Source of the DNA: Octopus bimaculoides
Taxonomy: Eukaryota
Length of the DNA stretch: 64,000 nt
Assembly (NCBI RefSeq): GCF_001194135.2
Contig: NC_068982.1
Coordinates: forward strand, 98,951,021-99,015,020
Direction: 5' to 3'
Shown here: in pieces, positions 43,701-57,271 of the stretch
Layout: every line of letters starts with the position of its first letter
Numbering within the stretch: position 1 is the stretch's first letter
Notes under the pieces: generated by a model
Databases searched by the model: none
The model's input: only the letters and a program-made list of their open reading frames with translations
Told to the model about the DNA's origin: nothing
Made by a program: the position numbers and the translations under genes

Positions 43701-46700
43701 CCACAGCGAGACACCTGTTCCTGTCTCTATATCATACTTTAGCTTCTCAACACCTGGCACAAAGCCATCTCCCTCAATTCTGTACTCCAGTCAACCAAAG
43801 GGTCTTGTTAATGACCTCACTAGTACTGGTGCCAAAAAAAAAAAAAAAAAGCACCTAGTACAGTCTGTAAAGCATTTGGCATCAGGAAGGGCATCCAGCC
43901 ATAGAAACTTTGTCAAAGCAGACATCGGAGCCCAATTTAACCTCTGACCCATCACAGCCTGCCAAACTATCTGACCTATGTCTACTTGGTAGAATCTGTT
44001 AAATCAGTTTTAGCAGATGTCCTTATTCAGTGACTGGAAACTGTAATCAGGCTATAACTTTATTTTTGTGTATTTTGTTTTTTAATATTTTGTACCTGGC
44101 ATATTTTATGATAGAAAAACAAACAGTACTTCTAAAGTGAAGTCAGATATAGCCCACAAAAGTAACACAGTAATATAACATGAGGGTTGCAAAAGGAGGA
44201 AGTGATGTTATATGATATTTAATAAGTATGTGGTTGTTATATCGAGTAATCTATCTTCTCTTATTACACTCAGCTTTTTACCATTCACTACTGCACATAA
44301 ACCAGATAAACAAGTTGCATAAAAGGATGCACATTAGCTACCCTTTGATGCTTGTATGTCTTACATGGAGACATGACAAAACTTGTCTATAAACAGTAAA
44401 AATAATCTATATAGAGTCTGCTTTAAGGCAGATACTAGATGTAATTCACTGGCAGAATTGACATTTTACAAAAACTGAGAAACACAACATAAGAACAGTT
44501 TGGTTGTATTTCATAAAATGAAGAGCAAAATGACAATAATACTGTTAACAGAAAGGTCACCCAAGAGTTTATGTTAGCACATTTTACTAACATACAAACA
44601 AATTATCTTCATCAGGATATTAAAAATAAAACAAAAACAAGCTTGTTAAGCTAAATGTTATATTTTCTTGAATAACAAAGTTCACATTAACTTGGCCAAT
44701 CATTAACCTCTTATGGGCCAAGTTGCTGTTAATGGAAATAGAATGTCTAAGTAATTATGCCAGTCTAAATGGTGTAATCATGTGGTGAACTAATCTTGAA
44801 ATATTGTGAAATACGCAAAATTGAGTTGACAACAGTATGCACAAGCATGTATACAATTTAACGTATATTGTATGAGATTGTGAAAAAATGTAGTACAATA
44901 GAGGTGAACCAGATCTAGAAGTATTCCAAAAATTACGAAATATAAAAACATTAATAACAACCAAGAAATGAGAAAATATGTAGCCTTGTAACATTTCCTT
45001 TCAGTTCAAGTTGAACACTCTAAACTCATTCAAAAGCTTACAAATAATCTGATCTATGTCTTTCTCCTCTTGAACAATGATGGTGAGAAGAAGGAAACAA
45101 AAACTTTACAGAAGAGGGGTGGGGAGTATGATAATTTTGCAAATTATTAAGATTTAAAAATACAAATAATGCAGACTTATTGCTTAAATCACAACATATA
45201 ATTTCTTTTGTGTTGAGTTAGTGAACTTTTAGGATTTCAGATAGAATGAGAGAAGCAAATACAAAACAAAGAGAAGTCACACTTTGAAACAGCTAAAATA
45301 ATTCCTACAAAATAAATTTCAGGAAGTTGATGGTTTTATCTTTTAACATTTACAGCTTATTCCTGGCCTGCTTTGCTTACTGCTATATTCTGTCTATGAA
45401 AGATCATTCCAAAAATATGAAATGGGCAAACCTAGTCAAAATGAGAAGATTTCAATTAACAGCAATGGATTTCAATTACTTTATGGTAAGGGAAATAAAA
45501 AAAAAAAGACCATCAGAAAGTCTGAGATAATTACTGAATGGAATATAAAAGGTGAAATGTCTTTCATCAATGACAAGAACAAAGATGCACCATCAACTGA
45601 CCAGAGAGAGAGAGAGAGAGGGAGAAAGGATAGTGTAAATTTAACTGAGGGAGAAAAGCTGCAGTTGTCAGTTCACCGATGGAGACTGACTGCAGTGTTA
45701 GTCTTTTCTTTTTTCATAGTGAGGTCCACAACATAGTGCTGAAAGGATTAGTAGATCACAATGTGAACATTCTTTTCTTGATCTCTTGAAGGTAACTGAG
45801 TAATTAATTGCCTGGGAGACAGTGAGGAAGTAGTCGAGTACTTGGTTAACACTGACCCTAAAATGATAAAAGGCAAAGTTGGACTCACAGCACAGAGAGT
45901 TGGGATAAATACCAATTTGCTGCCTTAGAGAAACGTTATAGTGCCAGTTGACTTCAAAGAAAGACTTCTGTGTCTGCTGAGCTGTTAGAGATAGGCTGTA
46001 ATGTCAACTGATCTGAGACAGACAAGTTGCAGCACCAGTTGACTTAAAAACAGCTGACCCACATAACAATGAATGCAGTCACCTACATTTTATTGTGATC
46101 CTATAAAAAGAGATCTATGATCTTGAAATAATAGAGTCTTTCGACCCTTTTGATACCAAACCGTCTGAAACTGCCCCTAGCTCTGTAGTACAAATGTCTT
46201 GTTTTCAAAAGTCCTGAATTAAAATCTTCCACCAAAACTTAGTCACAATTTATGTTCCAAACACTAGCTTAATGATAACTAAGTTATTTTACTAAATTCT
46301 TTGTTACATTTAAAATTAATTGAAAAAACACAGAGTATCTCAACAGAGATATGGTAACAAAAGGGTTAAACAGGATAGAAAATTCATCCATATACAGCTT
46401 TACTAATGGCATTTAGATATGTTACAAGGAAAAATGTTCTAGAAATACAGACTAAATTCTTTCCAACAAAGATGATATCAGCTATTGCTGAATAATGTAT
46501 TAACATATCGCAATAGGGATAACAATCATTATATATGCAATTACTTTGGTTTTCAAAGGATTTTGAAGTTATGGATAAAGTGATAGAAATAAAAATATAG
46601 GCACTTGTTAGGGACAGGAGTCAAATAATGGTATTAAATGGTTATTGTTATCAAAATTAGTGGATGCAAAAATTTAAAAGTATAAAAATTATCTGCTATT

Positions 46701-47228
46701 TAGAAACAAAACTCTAGATACTGATATCAAAATATCTACTCAAGTCACAACACAGTGACTCTAATTATTACAGAAATCCAAAGAAAAGTGCACTAGCTAT
46801 AGAGACCATAGTAGGTGTATGGTCATAGCAGTTGTGATAGTGGATGCTGACTGTGCTGGTGGTATTGTATGCTGATACTGAAAATGAAGATGATACTGAG
46901 GTATATGTTTGTGATTGTATGTAAATGAGTGTGTGTGTGTGTGTGTGTGATATACATATTCACAAAGGAAGCCATTTATGGTAATCAAAGAAGTTATCAA
47001 AATCACTGGGTCATAAACTTAATTCAAAATTCATATCAAATTATCTGTTTATTAGGATGAAGATCTAGATGATGTTACATACTATGCTTAATGTAATCAA
47101 CCAGTTACTGTTAATGAAGGCTTCATCAAAGTTGAAAATGTTAACACTTCAAGAAATAGATAAAAAAGTGAATTTGAATGTTTTTGTGTATTCTTTAAAT
47201 GAGTAAATTGGCTCTTGTACCATTTAAT

Positions 47229-47283
<55 letters not shown>

Positions 47284-49803
47284 GTTCATCTATACTGTAC
47301 CTGATTATCTGATATATATATATCGGGTAATCAGGTACAGTATAGATGAACACACAGAAATTCATTAAGATAATAGTATATAACAAAATAATGGCAGGTA
47401 AGAAATAACAAAATGAAATAAAGCATTGCAAAACAAAGTTTTAAAATATATCATGAAGAAATAAATACTGTAATGTAGAAATTTTAAAATACTTCAGTGA
47501 AAACATTTCTCACTAGGGGTCTAAATCTGGATAATAAAACAGTAGCAACATCAATATCATAACATACAAGTTGTTATTGAGTAGGTAGCTGAAGCAATAC
47601 TAAGAACAGACTATATCACTACAATAAAAAAAAAGGACATAATAAAGTACTGGTGATATACACAAGAAGGAGATAGAGTACTGAAGAAAGTTTTTGGAAG
47701 ACGGATATATATACACATCTATCATGCAAAAACATCTAGTTTTCACAGACAACTATAATAAGCTACTATGTGGGTGTTCATACTACACTATTAGTATTGC
47801 ACCCCAGCCGGGAACAGCAAGCATCTTCAAGAATGTTCTAAACTAAATGCTACTGTAGTTGTATTACTGAGATAAAAAGATGTAAAGACAAATTAGTTTA
47901 CCAGAAACAATACAAATACACACATACACACACAGTGATTATAATTTCTAATTATGCTTTCTCAAGGTTGAAAAAAGAGGTAACTTCTAAAGATAGAAAC
48001 TTAAATTTTCAACCTATAAAGATGTAGTAAGACAGAATATTTTCTAACTACTACTCAAAATCCTTTGATAATAAAATCAATTTCTTTAAGATAGTATATA
48101 ACTAAATGACAAGTGCGTTACTTGCTTGGCTGTATTTTTACAGACACTAGTGAGACAAAAAAACTCAACAAGAAGCTGAATTAAATTTCTTGATGCTATA
48201 TTTAAAGTCACAGCAATAAAAAATTATTGTGGCTTGATGTTGCAAACAAAAGTTTAGACAGAGCAGGATAGTTGGTGTATGATAGGCCAATATGGGTTAG
48301 GCAGGCCTAACCACAATGACTACAAGGGAAATTTTGCTCTGGGTTTGGCACTGCTGTGTAATGGATTTTTCTTTATTCTCCTTCTGTCTTTGAAGGAGAA
48401 AACAGCAAAAGATATGTAGGCAGGCTTCATTGTGAGAGGCTACAGTACAACAATGGCAATGGTCAATATGACAGGAACCAAGAGATTTCTCTAGAGAGCA
48501 GCAGTACCTATTCTTTGGTTCTTCTTATGTCATAGTGGTCAGTGGCAACTTAGCAAAACAGTACAATACTGAGTAGGCAATAATCTGCCATCCTGAAAAT
48601 ATGCCCTGACCAACAATGTCCTAATGCTGGTGATGTCTGCCTATTTCCACAACTTCAATATTAGTAAAAAAAAATGCCAATCTAGATACTGAGAATAATA
48701 TTTTAAAGTTAAAATAATAGACAGGGAACAACACTGGAAAATACGAAAACTAAAAGAAGCAGCACATATGCTAGGACACAACAACCTCCTAAGCAGACCG
48801 AGTGCAGATATGAATAGCATATGGGAACCGGTATTGAGGAAGGATAGAAAAATAATAGATTTATAAGCCCTAAAATTCACTCCATAATTGCCCACGGGCA
48901 TATGGCGTAGTGGTTAAGAGCGGGGGCTACTAACCCCAAGATTCCGAGTTCGATTCACGGCAGCGACCTGATTAATAATAGTAATAATAATAATAATATA
49001 ATAATAGTAACATCGTTAGGAATGNNNNNNNNNNNNNNNNNNNNNNNNNNNNNNNNNNNNNNNNNNNNNNNNNNNNNNNNNNNNNNNNNNNNNNNNNNNN
49101 NNNNNNNNNNNNNNNNNNNNNNNNNNNNNNNNNNNNNNNNNNNNNNNNNNNNNNNNNNNNNNNNNNNNNNNNNNNNNNNNNNNNNNNNNNNNNNNNNNNN
49201 NNNNNNNNNNNNNNNNNNNNNNNNNNNNNNNNNNNNNNNNNNNNNNNNNNNNNNNNNNNNNNNNNNNNNNNNNNNNNNNNNNNNNNNNNNNNNNNNNNNN
49301 NNNNNNNNNNNNNNNNNNNNNNNNNNNNNNNNNNNNNNNNNNNNNNNNNNNNNNNNNNNNNNNNNNNNNNNNNNNNNNNNNNNNNNNNNNNNNNNNNNNN
49401 NNNNNNNNNNNNNNNNNNNNNNNNNNNNNNNNNNNNNNNNNNNNNNNNNNNNNNNNNNNNNNNNNNNNNNNNNNNNNNNNNNNNNNNNNNNNNNNNNNNN
49501 NNNNNNNNNNNNNNNNNNNNNNNNNNNNNNNNNNNNNNNNNNNNNNNNNNNNNNNNNNNNNNNNNNNNNNNNNNNNNNNNNNNNNNNNNNNNNNNNNNNN
49601 NNNNNNNNNNNNNNNNNNNNNNNNNNNNNNNNNNNNNNNNNNNNNNNNNNNNNNNNNNNNNNNNNNNNNNNNNNNNNNNNNNNNNNNNNNNNNNNNNNNN
49701 NNNNNNNNNNNNNNNNNNNNNNNNNNNNNNNNNNNNNNNNNNNNNNNNNNNNNNNNNNNNNNNNNNNNNNNNNNNNNNNNNNNNNNNNNNNNNNNNNNNN
49801 NNN

Positions 49804-49838
<35 letters not shown>

Positions 49839-51872
49839 GATATATATATATATATCAGTTACTTAATAACCAGTAGGTAGGACACTCCAACTGATGTTAA
49901 TCCAATCTAGCATTTTAAATGTGACTCCACTGCTGCAGCCTCCACCATCATTTTAAGTCCACTTTCTATGCTAGCATTGGTTAGACAGTTTGACAGGATT
50001 TGACAGGTTAGTGGACACTATCTTGCTCCAATGTGTTAGTTTTATCATGGTTTCTATGGCTGAATGCCAATTGCTCTATAGAGTGCACTTTTTATTTTGT
50101 GGAACCAGCACTGGTGAGGTCACCAGCAAGTCTTCACTATGTCAAGAGGAAGAGTATATTATGCACTCATCTTCAATCAGCAGTACACAATCGATGACAA
50201 TGGTTTATGTATAACATTTTGAATGATTCCTTTTAAAAGCCTTTGCTCCTCTTTAAAAGTATATTTAAGTTAGCTTTGCCCCAATATAGTATGAGTTTTG
50301 GTATATGAATGTTGTGTATTCATGGCAAGTAAATCTGAGACAATCCAATGCTTTTGGAGCTGTGCCCAGGGAGAATTTGAACTCAACACCAATGAAACAC
50401 TCATCAGTTAAACAGTTCTACTACTGCTTCCCACATTAAGTTGTATAATCACTTGGTATGTACATATAGCTACTTATTCATTTGTAAGTGTTTTGGCAAT
50501 AGTGCACAGCACTGGAAGCAGAAAAGCAAACAAACCTTTCAGCCAATATGCTGACATACTACCAAATTGGACACTGATTTTCAAATATGTGTACACACGT
50601 CTGCATCTGCATGCACATATGCATTTTTGTGAGCATAAAAGGTGCATTATAAGTTTCTGATTCATTCAAATCTATATTTTCATTTAATACTAAGTAGCTA
50701 AACTATGATTAAGCTGTGAATATGTTATTTATGGGAGGATGTGTTATGCAAAAATGAAATAAGAAAGCAAAGCTAATTTATTATACAAAACTCTTAATCA
50801 GTCTGGGAAGATTAGACAAAATTATAATTCAATTATTTAACAGGAAGTGAAATTCTATACTATTCTCAAAAGGAAATCAAATACAATTTTCACAAAATTC
50901 AAAAATTAATGCAAATGAGCTAATCTAGTTTGAAGATGAACTAATTTAGCCATAACATAAGTGAAAAATTGAGACAATATCAATCAAGGGTTAGTAAATG
51001 AAACAAAATCTGTCATGATTATAGCTGAGAAAATATCACTGACTAAAGAAACTAAAGCATAAGTTTATTCATGTTAAAAGTACTGGCAACAGAATGGAAA
51101 AACAGACAAGCAAGCACACAGTCGTATTGATGAAATATTTTAATGTAGTAGAGGGAAAAAAAAACCTGATAGACAACAAGTACATGGATATGATATTGAG
51201 CAACTATGGTGACAGGCAAGAGAATAATGTGAGGAGGATATTAAAAATAGATGATATTAATGACGAGAATGATAATAGCATATAAAAGAAAAGCAGGCAA
51301 GAATGAAAATATGAATTTATATACAGATAGGGCATAACATAAAAATAAAAAAAATAAAACATCAGCATGCTTGGAAGGAAATAATTTTATACGTACACAT
51401 ACATACACATGGACGGAGAGATGGATGGACATATAGACAGACAGACAGACAGACTGACAATTGTGAGCAGATAGCAATGGCAAAGACATGGTTGCAACCA
51501 CTGGGTGTCCATGCCAAATTTTGAAACTCACCTGTACTTTGCTTTTAGTGGAATCATTATAGACCTTCTCTTCAAACTGTACAAATGGAGAAAAGCAGAA
51601 GGGCAAGCCCCAATTCAGAAAGGACACACATTTAGAGATGATATCTTACACAGCCACTGCATACCTGCTAGCTTTTGACATACAGATGTAAACACATATG
51701 ATTGCAGTGAATGGAAATGGCAGAGAAAGAAGAAAAGCAGTTGCAAATCAAGGAGCAGAGGCAGACATAATGATAAATAATCTTCGTAAGTAAGTTGTAA
51801 GTTGTTGATTACATAAATAAATAAAGGTTTATGTTGCTTTCATGTCAACAGTCCCCTTAAAGCTATATGAGA

Positions 51873-51916
<44 letters not shown>

Positions 51917-54900
51917 ATTATATGTATTNNNNNNNNNNNNNNNNNNNNNNNNNNNNNNNNNNNNNNNNNNNNNNNNNNNNNNNNNNNNNNNNNNNNNNNN
52001 NNNNNNNNNNNNNNNNNNNNNNNNNNNNNNNNNNNNNNNNNNNNNNNNNNNNNNNNNNNNNNNNNNNNNNNNNNNNNNNNNNNNNNNNNNNNNNNNNNNN
52101 NNNNNNNNNNNNNNNNNNNNNNNNNNNNNNNNNNNNNNNNNNNNNNNNNNNNNNNNNNNNNNNNNNNNNNNNNNNNNNNNNNNNNNNNNNNNNNNNNNNN
52201 NNNNNNNNNNNNNNNNNNNNNNNNNNNNNNNNNNNNNNNNNNNNNNNNNNNNNNNNNNNNNNNNNNNNNNNNNNNNNNNNNNNNNNNNNNNNNNNNNNNN
52301 NNNNNNNNNNNNNNNNNNNNNNNNNNNNNNNNNNNNNNNNNNNNNNNNNNNNNNNNNNNNNNNNNNNNNNNNNNNNNNNNNNNNNNNNNNNNNNNNNNNN
52401 NNNNNNNNNNNNNNNNNNNNNNNNNNNNNNNNNNNNNNNNNNNNNNNNNNNNNNNNNNNNNNNNNNNNNNNNNNNNNNNNNNNNNNNNNNNNNNNNNNNN
52501 NNNNNNNNNNNNNNNNNNNNNNNNNNNNNNNNNNNNNNNNNNNNNNNNNNNNNNNNNNNNNNNNNNNNNNNNNNNNNNNNNNNNNNNNNNNNNNNNNNNN
52601 NNNNNNNNNNNNNNNNNNNNNNNNNNNNNNNNNNNNNNNNNNNNNNNNNNNNNNNNNNNNNNNNNNNNNNNNNNNNNNNNNNNNNNNNNNNNNNNNNNNN
52701 TATTTGTCTGATAATTAGAGTGGAAAAAATGTATTTGCATATTTGTAAGAGGATTTATGAAAGTAAATTGAATATTTGCTGCAGTTATTTGTTGTATTTC
52801 GCAAATCTGCTCATACACTCTCTCTGAGATGGGTTACCTAATGAATAATAAAAATGGTGGTGGTTATGTAATATACCCATCATTAAAGTTTTTATTTTAA
52901 AGCAATGATGAAAATACTCTGCCTAAAGACATTCATTTAAATAACACAAGATATTTGTTGTAAGTGCAGTGGTGTATTAATTCTACATTTAGCACTAGTA
53001 TCTCACTGGATCTTAAGAACCCTGGAGAAATAAAAAAGCAAATTTAATTCTGTGCAAGACTTAAACTTGGATTCAAGAAGGGATACTGAGACATGTTGTA
53101 AAGTATTAGGTTGACTCTGTCAACTGTACCATAGTTTACATAATGACAAAAAGGTTTTCTATGCTTTGGCATAAAACTCTCAAATTTGGTGCAAGGGTTG
53201 TAGCCAATATAATTAAACCCAAAATTCAACTCAGCCATAAATATTTTACTAACCTAGATGGATGAATGAAAACCCAACACCAGTGAGATATGAAGTCAGG
53301 ATGTAGAAAGATAAATCCACAAGATGTTTTATCTGCAGACTTCCAATTCAGCCATCCTACCCTGATATTAGCTAATTTCTGGATATTGTTTCTCATAATG
53401 AATTCTTCACTTTTCAATTTTTTCACAATAAATATATTATGAAGACACTGAGGTTTTTTTTATAATTAAAAAAAATATGGAATATTAAGCTAGCCTTTTC
53501 AGAACATTTAAACATTTATGGTAAAATAAATTATTGAAATAAATAGAAAAAAATATGGTTAATTTTCTTGATGTTAGATCAAAAACATTCAGAAGAAATT
53601 TTAATTTTGTTGAAGCATATTCTCTGGAGTGTATTCATAAACTAGATATTTCATTTGATATTACTGAAACAACTCTGATGACTATCTCAAGAGAAGTAAA
53701 ATGAAGATGCTCCTTTCATTTGGTTTCAAAGATGATAGTTCATGCTTTTGTTATATGCAAGCATATGAAAGGTGAAAATTAATTTAAATTCATATTTAAA
53801 TAAACAAGGCAATTGTTTTGAAAATACATTCATAATTAGTATATGACAATGACGAAGCAGTATTTTGATAATGTTATTGATGAGAACATTTTTGCTTCTT
53901 ATTGTCTCATATTTCAAAATAAAAACTAAACACAACTATTTCTAGAAATACTAAATAAAGAAAAATGTATAGTGAAAACATATGGATACACGAAACACAC
54001 AAAGGTGATATTTCTATGATGTATAGACATTCATTGAACATTTTACTTTTGCCAACAGTGGCAGTTTAATAAATTTCTTGATAACAAATTGCGATTAAGT
54101 GAAAAATGGTAAAAGTTGAGATCTTTTACACACATTACAGTAAGAATGAAACTCTTGTTATAATGAATATCATACTATGTTCTGAGTGTCAAAAAGTGTC
54201 CATTTTTTAAATAAACATTTTACAATGGCCATGTCAGCTTTATTCATAAAAGCTTCATCAACATTGTTCATGAGTACGAAGAAAATAGTACAGGTATGAA
54301 TTTATATTTAATTCTTTATTGCTTACAAGGGGCTAAACATAGAGGGGACAAACAAGGACAGACAAAGGGACTAAGTCGATTACATCGACCCCAGTGCATA
54401 ACTGGTACTTATTTAATCAACCCCGAAAGGATGAAAGGCAAAGTCGACCTCGGGGAAATTTGAACTCAGAATGTAGCGGCAGACGAAATACCGCTAAGCA
54501 TTTCACCTGGTGTGCTAACAATACTGCCAGCTCACCACACGAATTTATATTACCGTCATCAACATCACCATCATTAAATTTATTTATTAATTCAAGCTGT
54601 GTGTTCTCAACAGCATCATATTGCAATGGTGTGAAATCTGAGATCTTAAGAAGTTTTATTTTCAAGATGATCAAATAATAAAATGCCACCTGCACCCACT
54701 GCCATAAGGTGAGGCTAAAGGAATGTCAAGGATCAAAATCTATTTGATTATAGGACTTATATACATTATGAAGAAATCAAAGATGAGAGTATAAAATGAA
54801 AATTTCCAAACAGGATAGACATTTTGGAGCTGTAAAAGTCAGATGAAAGTAGCTGGCAGCTTCATTTTATTCCATGCTATTTTATATTCTACATGAAACA

Positions 54901-55539
54901 AACCATAGTTACTATATGAAGAATTCATATATAATTTATAAGATTACTGCTCATATATTCCTTCTACAAAGAAACTAGTAAATTAGTATCATAAATTAGT
55001 TGGGTTTTCAAAATGACACAAAAATAAGCTATTTGATAGAAATGTAAGAATTTTATATTGTAAAAGGACTCAAACTTAATTTTTAATCCACTTTCAGTAA
55101 AGGTCTATATTTGTATAGTTTCATGATTTCCTTAGCCATTAAAGAAAAAGTAAAAGTAAAGTGTGTTGTCTTGTTAACTTAAGTAAAATCAGAACTGAAG
55201 AGAAAGTAGTGAATGGTTAGCAACTGACTGAAGGGCCTAGTTGCAATTAAGGTATTTAATTATGTGCCTATGCCACCTTTCCTCTTTATGACTGTGTTAA
55301 TGTTCACTTTTCTGTCTTTTAGTGTTTTATTTTGTTTACTGTGCATGTACTTTCATTGGTGTCTTTTTTTTTTTCTTGACATATTTCTGCATCTGCCCCA
55401 TTTTTAACCTTTTCTGACGAGTTGTAGCGCAACTGGGCACTGTATACAATAAGCTCATTATTATTTATATTCACCTCTCCAAAAACACTTTTAGTATAAA
55501 TAGGCTGTCATATATATATGTATATATTTATGACAGCCC

Positions 55540-55589
<50 letters not shown>

Positions 55590-56360
55590 NNNNNNNNNNN
55601 NNNNNNNNNNNNNNNNNNNNNNNNNNNNNNNNNNNNNNNNNNNNNNNNNNNNNNNNNNNNNNNNNNNNNNNNNNNNNNNNNNNNNNNNNNNNNNNNNNNN
55701 NNNNNNNNNNNNNNNNNNNNNNNNNNNNNNNNNNNNNNNNNNNNNNNNNNNNNNNNNNNNNNNNNNNNNNNNNNNNNNNNNNNNNNNNNNNNNNNNNNNN
55801 NNNNNNNNNNNNNNNNNNNNNNNNNNNNNNNNNNNNNNNNNNNNNNNNNNNNNNNNNNNNNNNNNNNNNNNNNNNNNNNNNNNNNNNNNNNNNNNNNNNN
55901 NNNNNNNNNNNNNNNNNNNNNNNNNNNNNNNNNNNNNNNNNNNNNNNNNNNNNNNNNNNNNNNNNNNNNNNNNNNNNNNNNNNNNNNNNNNNNNNNNNNN
56001 NNNNNNNNNNNNNNNNNNNNNNNNNNNNNNNNNNNNNNNNNNNNNNNNNNNNNNNNNNNNNNNNNNNNNNNNNNNNNNNNNNNNNNNNNNNNNNNNNNNN
56101 NNNNNNNNNNNNNNNNNNNNNNNNNNNNNNNNNNNNNNNNNNNNNNNNNNNNNNNNNNNNNNNNNNNNNNNNNNNNNNNNNNNNNNNNNNNNNNNNNNNN
56201 NNNNNNNNNNNNNNNNNNNNNNNNNNNNNNNNNNNNNNNNNNNNNNNNNNNNNNNNNNNNNNNNNNNNNNNNNNNNNNNNNNNNNNNNNNNNNNNNNNNN
56301 NNNNNNNNNNNNNNNNNNNNNNNNNNNNNNNNNNNNNNNNNNNNNNNNNNNNNNNNNNNN

Positions 56361-56410
<50 letters not shown>

Positions 56411-57236
56411 CACATATATACAGCAATAAGAAAATGGAGGGGATCAAGAGGTGGTATTCATCAACTTTTAGACATTATATTTTGTCTATTTAGTTATTTA
56501 AAAAAAAACAATTATAACAATATACATACATGTATAACATATTATGCTTTATATATATATAAAAATACCAGTAATTATTCGAACCAAATTCGATGACTGG
56601 CACCCAAGCCAACCTTTCTGGACACTAAACTCTGCTTGCGCAGACCTGTTTGGGCAAGTAGAATATTTTACTTTCTATGTTCGACATTATATATTTTAAT
56701 AATTACTGGTATTTTTATATATGTAAAGCATATTAACTAAATAGACATAATATGTCTAAAAGTTGATGAATACCACCTCTTGATCTCCTCCATTCTCTTA
56801 TTGCCGTATGAATTAAGGATAAAACAGCTTTTTACCCTCACCCATTTATTACATTCAGTAGTGTAATTGCTATGCAATGAAAAAACACTTGTGTATTAAT
56901 AATTGGGTATTCTACCAGCAGTATATTGGATAGATATTATCCCTTAGTTGGTTGGATTCACAACCTCTAACTCGCTTGGAATTTTATATATATATATATC
57001 AATTTAAATAAGAGCTATAACGTGATCCATTGTATAGCTCTTATTTAAATTGATATGCACACAAAATTGTATGATTAACAACCTTTCATATGAGAATTTT
57101 GCTATGTTGATAACAGGTAAAAATATTTTTACCAAATTTTTGGTAGTGATCTATAAATACAAATCATCATCATCATCATCATCGTTCAACGTCCGCTTTC
57201 CATGCTAGCATGGGTTGGACGATTTGACTGAGGCAA

Positions 57237-57271
<35 letters not shown>

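Noticed and set aside
48290-48545. Cluster of short hairpins (7-9-bp stems)
   Set aside because: Stems are too short to exceed chance and I recognise no RNA family.
48896-48970. tRNA gene with ACT anticodon
   Set aside because: Acceptor stem does not pair and it runs into an AAT tail; a tRNA-derived SINE head.
51094-51285. 63-aa plus-strand ORF near the candidate microexon
   Set aside because: No recognisable homology; purine-rich low-complexity sequence.
49022-56596. ORFs of about 270-350 aa filled with X
   Set aside because: Artefacts of N-gaps. The three ~770-nt gaps could still hide sequence, including further exons.
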